The notes under the pieces were generated by a model. That model did no database searches and had not been told where the DNA came from. It worked only from the letters and a program-made list of their open reading frames with translations. Below, piece after piece: positions 13,868-15,210 of a stretch of 15,210 nt of DNA. Position 1 is the first letter of the stretch. Every line of letters begins with the position of its first letter. The translations under genes and the position numbers were made by a program. Origin of the DNA: a virus (lineage: Duplodnaviria; Heunggongvirae; Uroviricota; Caudoviricetes); the IMG/VR virus record IMGVR_UViG_3300049919_000418, positions 150,928 through 166,137 of that record; one strand, given 5' to 3'.

Positions 13868-14227
13868 GTGAGCAAATTCAAAGTCGGGGACAGAATCAGG
13901 GTTATTTCCAACAAAGGGAATGAAAATTTTTTCAGCGTGGGGGAGGTCGGAATTTTAGCGGCCCGCTGCGTCGATGGCGATTGGAAGGCGAGCTTTAAAA
14001 ACGAACATCCAAAACGGTATATTGAAGAGTCTGATTTTGAATTGGAGGAACCGATAACAGAAACTTTCACGATTGCGGAAATCGCGGATTACATTGCAGG
14101 TTGGGCAAGTGGACCCTTTGAATCTGTCAAGGCGATTGGCGCGGCAACCCTGCTGAATGCGCTGAATCAGTTGGAGGACGATCAAGACGGCATTTCCGCT
14201 GTTCGTAAAAGAAAAGAGAATCAATAA
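13868..14227 (+). CDS. Hypothetical protein with N-terminal KOW/SH3-like barrel
   Basis: KFKVGDRIRVI...VGEVGIL...WKASF...IEESDFEL pattern; helical acidic C-terminal domain. Confidence 0.8.
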   Translation: MSKFKVGDRIRVISNKGNENFFSVGEVGILAARCVDGDWKASFKNEHPKRYIEESDFELEEPITETFTIAEIADYIAGWASGPFESVKAIGAATLLNALNQLEDDQDGISAVRKRKENQ

Positions 14228-14228
14228 G

Positions 14229-14507
14229 ATGAAAACAATTGAAATCCCGGAAACGGAGAATGACGGCATTGCGCTTTTAAAGAAAAGGAATCCAAAAATG
14301 CGGCGAACAAATTCGACGGCTATTTGTCGCTCAGGAGGGCGGCAAACCATTTTTGATTGTGTTTGTGGTGCGCGACACACCACAAGCACCGGCTGGAATG
14401 GGCGAAGTGCCCTTCATGTTCGAGTGTGGAGGGGTGAGCATTCTGATTGCGCCATCAAAGAGGCAAAGAGGTTGCTAATCGAGGATCTGACAAAACAAGT
14501 CAAATAA
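14229..14507 (+). CDS. Hypothetical protein, putative Zn-binding (CxC...H...HxxC)
   Basis: IFDCVCGARH...LHVRVWRGEHSDC; 1 bp after previous stop. Confidence 0.75.
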   Translation: MKTIEIPETENDGIALLKKRNPKMRRTNSTAICRSGGRQTIFDCVCGARHTTSTGWNGRSALHVRVWRGEHSDCAIKEAKRLLIEDLTKQVK

Positions 14508-14718
14508 TTTCGTTAAATGAGCCAAAAGCGGGTAGTCAAATAGAATGCAGCGTTATTAAAGGAAAAGTAAACCTTAAACCCAAACAAAACGGTGCATATC
14601 AGTCAAAGGGCGGCGCAATTTAAATGAATTACATTATTTACTTTTAAATAGTAATTAAAACCAAAAAACTCCAGCGAAAAAGCGGGGAAGGTGCCAAGGG
14701 GAATGATCTAAATTACGA

Positions 14719-14786
14719 GCAGGCTCACGCGGAATATTGAATTGGAAATCCTGCCCGTGTGGTCCTGCGAGCCTTATGGAATAAGG
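14719..14786 (+). ncRNA. Candidate structured RNA element (unclassified)
   Basis: 14-bp imperfect stem 14719-14732/14755-14768 with two G-U pairs, then hairpin CCTTAT/ATAAGG; GC-richer island in a non-coding AT-rich region. Confidence 0.3.
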
Positions 14787-14830
14787 ACTCCAGCCACCTA
14801 AAGCAAAGAACAAAAAACAAAACAGAACAG

Positions 14831-14850
14831 AGTAGATAACAGTAGATAAC
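14831..14850 (+). repeat. Tandem 10-bp repeat (AGTAGATAAC)x2
   Basis: Exact duplication, preceded by (AACAG)x2. Confidence 0.85.
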
Positions 14851-14895
14851 AATAGGGAATAATAAAACAGAAAATCGGTTTTCAATAATTTCTGA

Positions 14896-14917
14896 AAGTT
14901 CAGGAAGAAATGAACTT
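14896..14917. repeat. Inverted repeat AAGTTCA-N8-TGAACTT
   Basis: Perfect 7-bp arms. Confidence 0.75.
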
Positions 14918-14947
14918 AGGAGGCCCATTTTCTAACAAAATCTAACC

Positions 14948-14971
14948 TTTGTAGGTAATTCTCCCTACAAA
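14948..14971. repeat. Inverted repeat TTTGTAGG-N8-CCTACAAA
   Basis: Perfect 8-bp arms. Confidence 0.8.
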
Positions 14972-14990
14972 AAAAATTTTCGACTACTGA

Positions 14991-15007
14991 TTATAAGTCA
15001 CTTATAA
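14991..15007. repeat. Palindrome TTATAAGT-C-ACTTATAA
   Basis: Perfect 8-1-8 dyad. Confidence 0.85.
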
Positions 15008-15079
15008 ACCTAACCAAATTAGTAAGGTTACCAACTAAACCCAACAAAACAAAGAAAAACCCAATTCCCCCAATTAGAA

Positions 15080-15160
15080 TTTCGTTAGTTTTCGCCCTTT
15101 TTCGATCTAAAATGCCGCCGTTGGCGCAATAATACACAAATTTCGACGTTTTTCGCGAAA
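15080..15160 (+). repeat. Phased TTTCG direct repeats and TTTCGCGAAA palindrome
   Basis: TTTCG at 15080, 15090, 15100 and 15141, 15151 (10-bp spacing); 15151-15160 is a perfect palindrome. Confidence 0.75.
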
Positions 15161-15210
15161 TCTCCTGAAAATGCTTTTCTATACGGCTCTAGGGCTTTTT
15201 GAAAAAAAGG

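Larger units (their letters stand above)
1..15210 (+). mobile_element. Bacteriophage genome segment, early/accessory gene region
   Basis: Dense unidirectional small hypothetical ORFs, each cluster behind a near-consensus sigma70 promoter; solitary ruvB, SprT and HD hydrolase without housekeeping context; no rRNA or operon context typical of a chromosome. Confidence 0.85.

Noticed and set aside
597-14389. Numerous minus-strand ORFs in the track (e.g. 1025..1327, 9888..10293, 11489..11860, 12863..13225, 13955..14389)
   Set aside because: All are antisense shadows of better + strand genes with promoters; unnatural composition and no motifs
14918-14923. Perfect SD-like AGGAGG
   Set aside because: No start codon or ORF downstream
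14655-14928. Minus-strand hydrophobic ORFs 14655..14885 and 14725..14928 resembling membrane proteins
   Set aside because: Hydrophobicity derives from T-rich low-complexity repeat sequence; no promoter with the local geometry; not fully excluded
1-15210. CRISPR array or tRNA genes
   Set aside because: No regularly spaced 25-45 bp repeats with unique spacers; no cloverleaf with a T-psi-C motif seen
1-15210. Alternative genetic code (stop-codon reassignment seen in some large phages)
   Set aside because: RuvB, SprT and the HD protein are full length in code 11; TAA, TGA and TAG all end genes with tight packing

Overview
This window looks like the early (host-takeover-type) region of a large bacteriophage; no structural genes are present and the host cannot be determined from the sequence. 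About 45 mostly small ORFs all run on the + strand. Recognisable products are an orphan RuvB AAA+ motor with a Lys/Ala/Val-rich N-terminal tail, an HTH protein, a RelA/SpoT-type HD small alarmone hydrolase followed 2 bp later by a possible RelE/BECR-like RNase, a SprT metalloprotease, a lipoprotein and several membrane or secreted proteins. The strongest unexplained signal is regulatory. About 19 sigma70-like TTG(A/C)nn -35 boxes lie 33-37 bp (11 at exactly 35 bp) before a start codon, which implies leaderless mRNAs. Shine-Dalgarno motifs are essentially absent, and 9 of these promoters carry a TTG-N6-9-CAA, usually GC-rich, dyad starting at the -35 box. The last ~700 bp are non-coding and contain a candidate structured RNA, several perfect inverted repeats and 10-bp-phased TTTCG repeats, suggesting an origin or genome-end region. 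Family calls come from motif recognition by eye, with no database searches.
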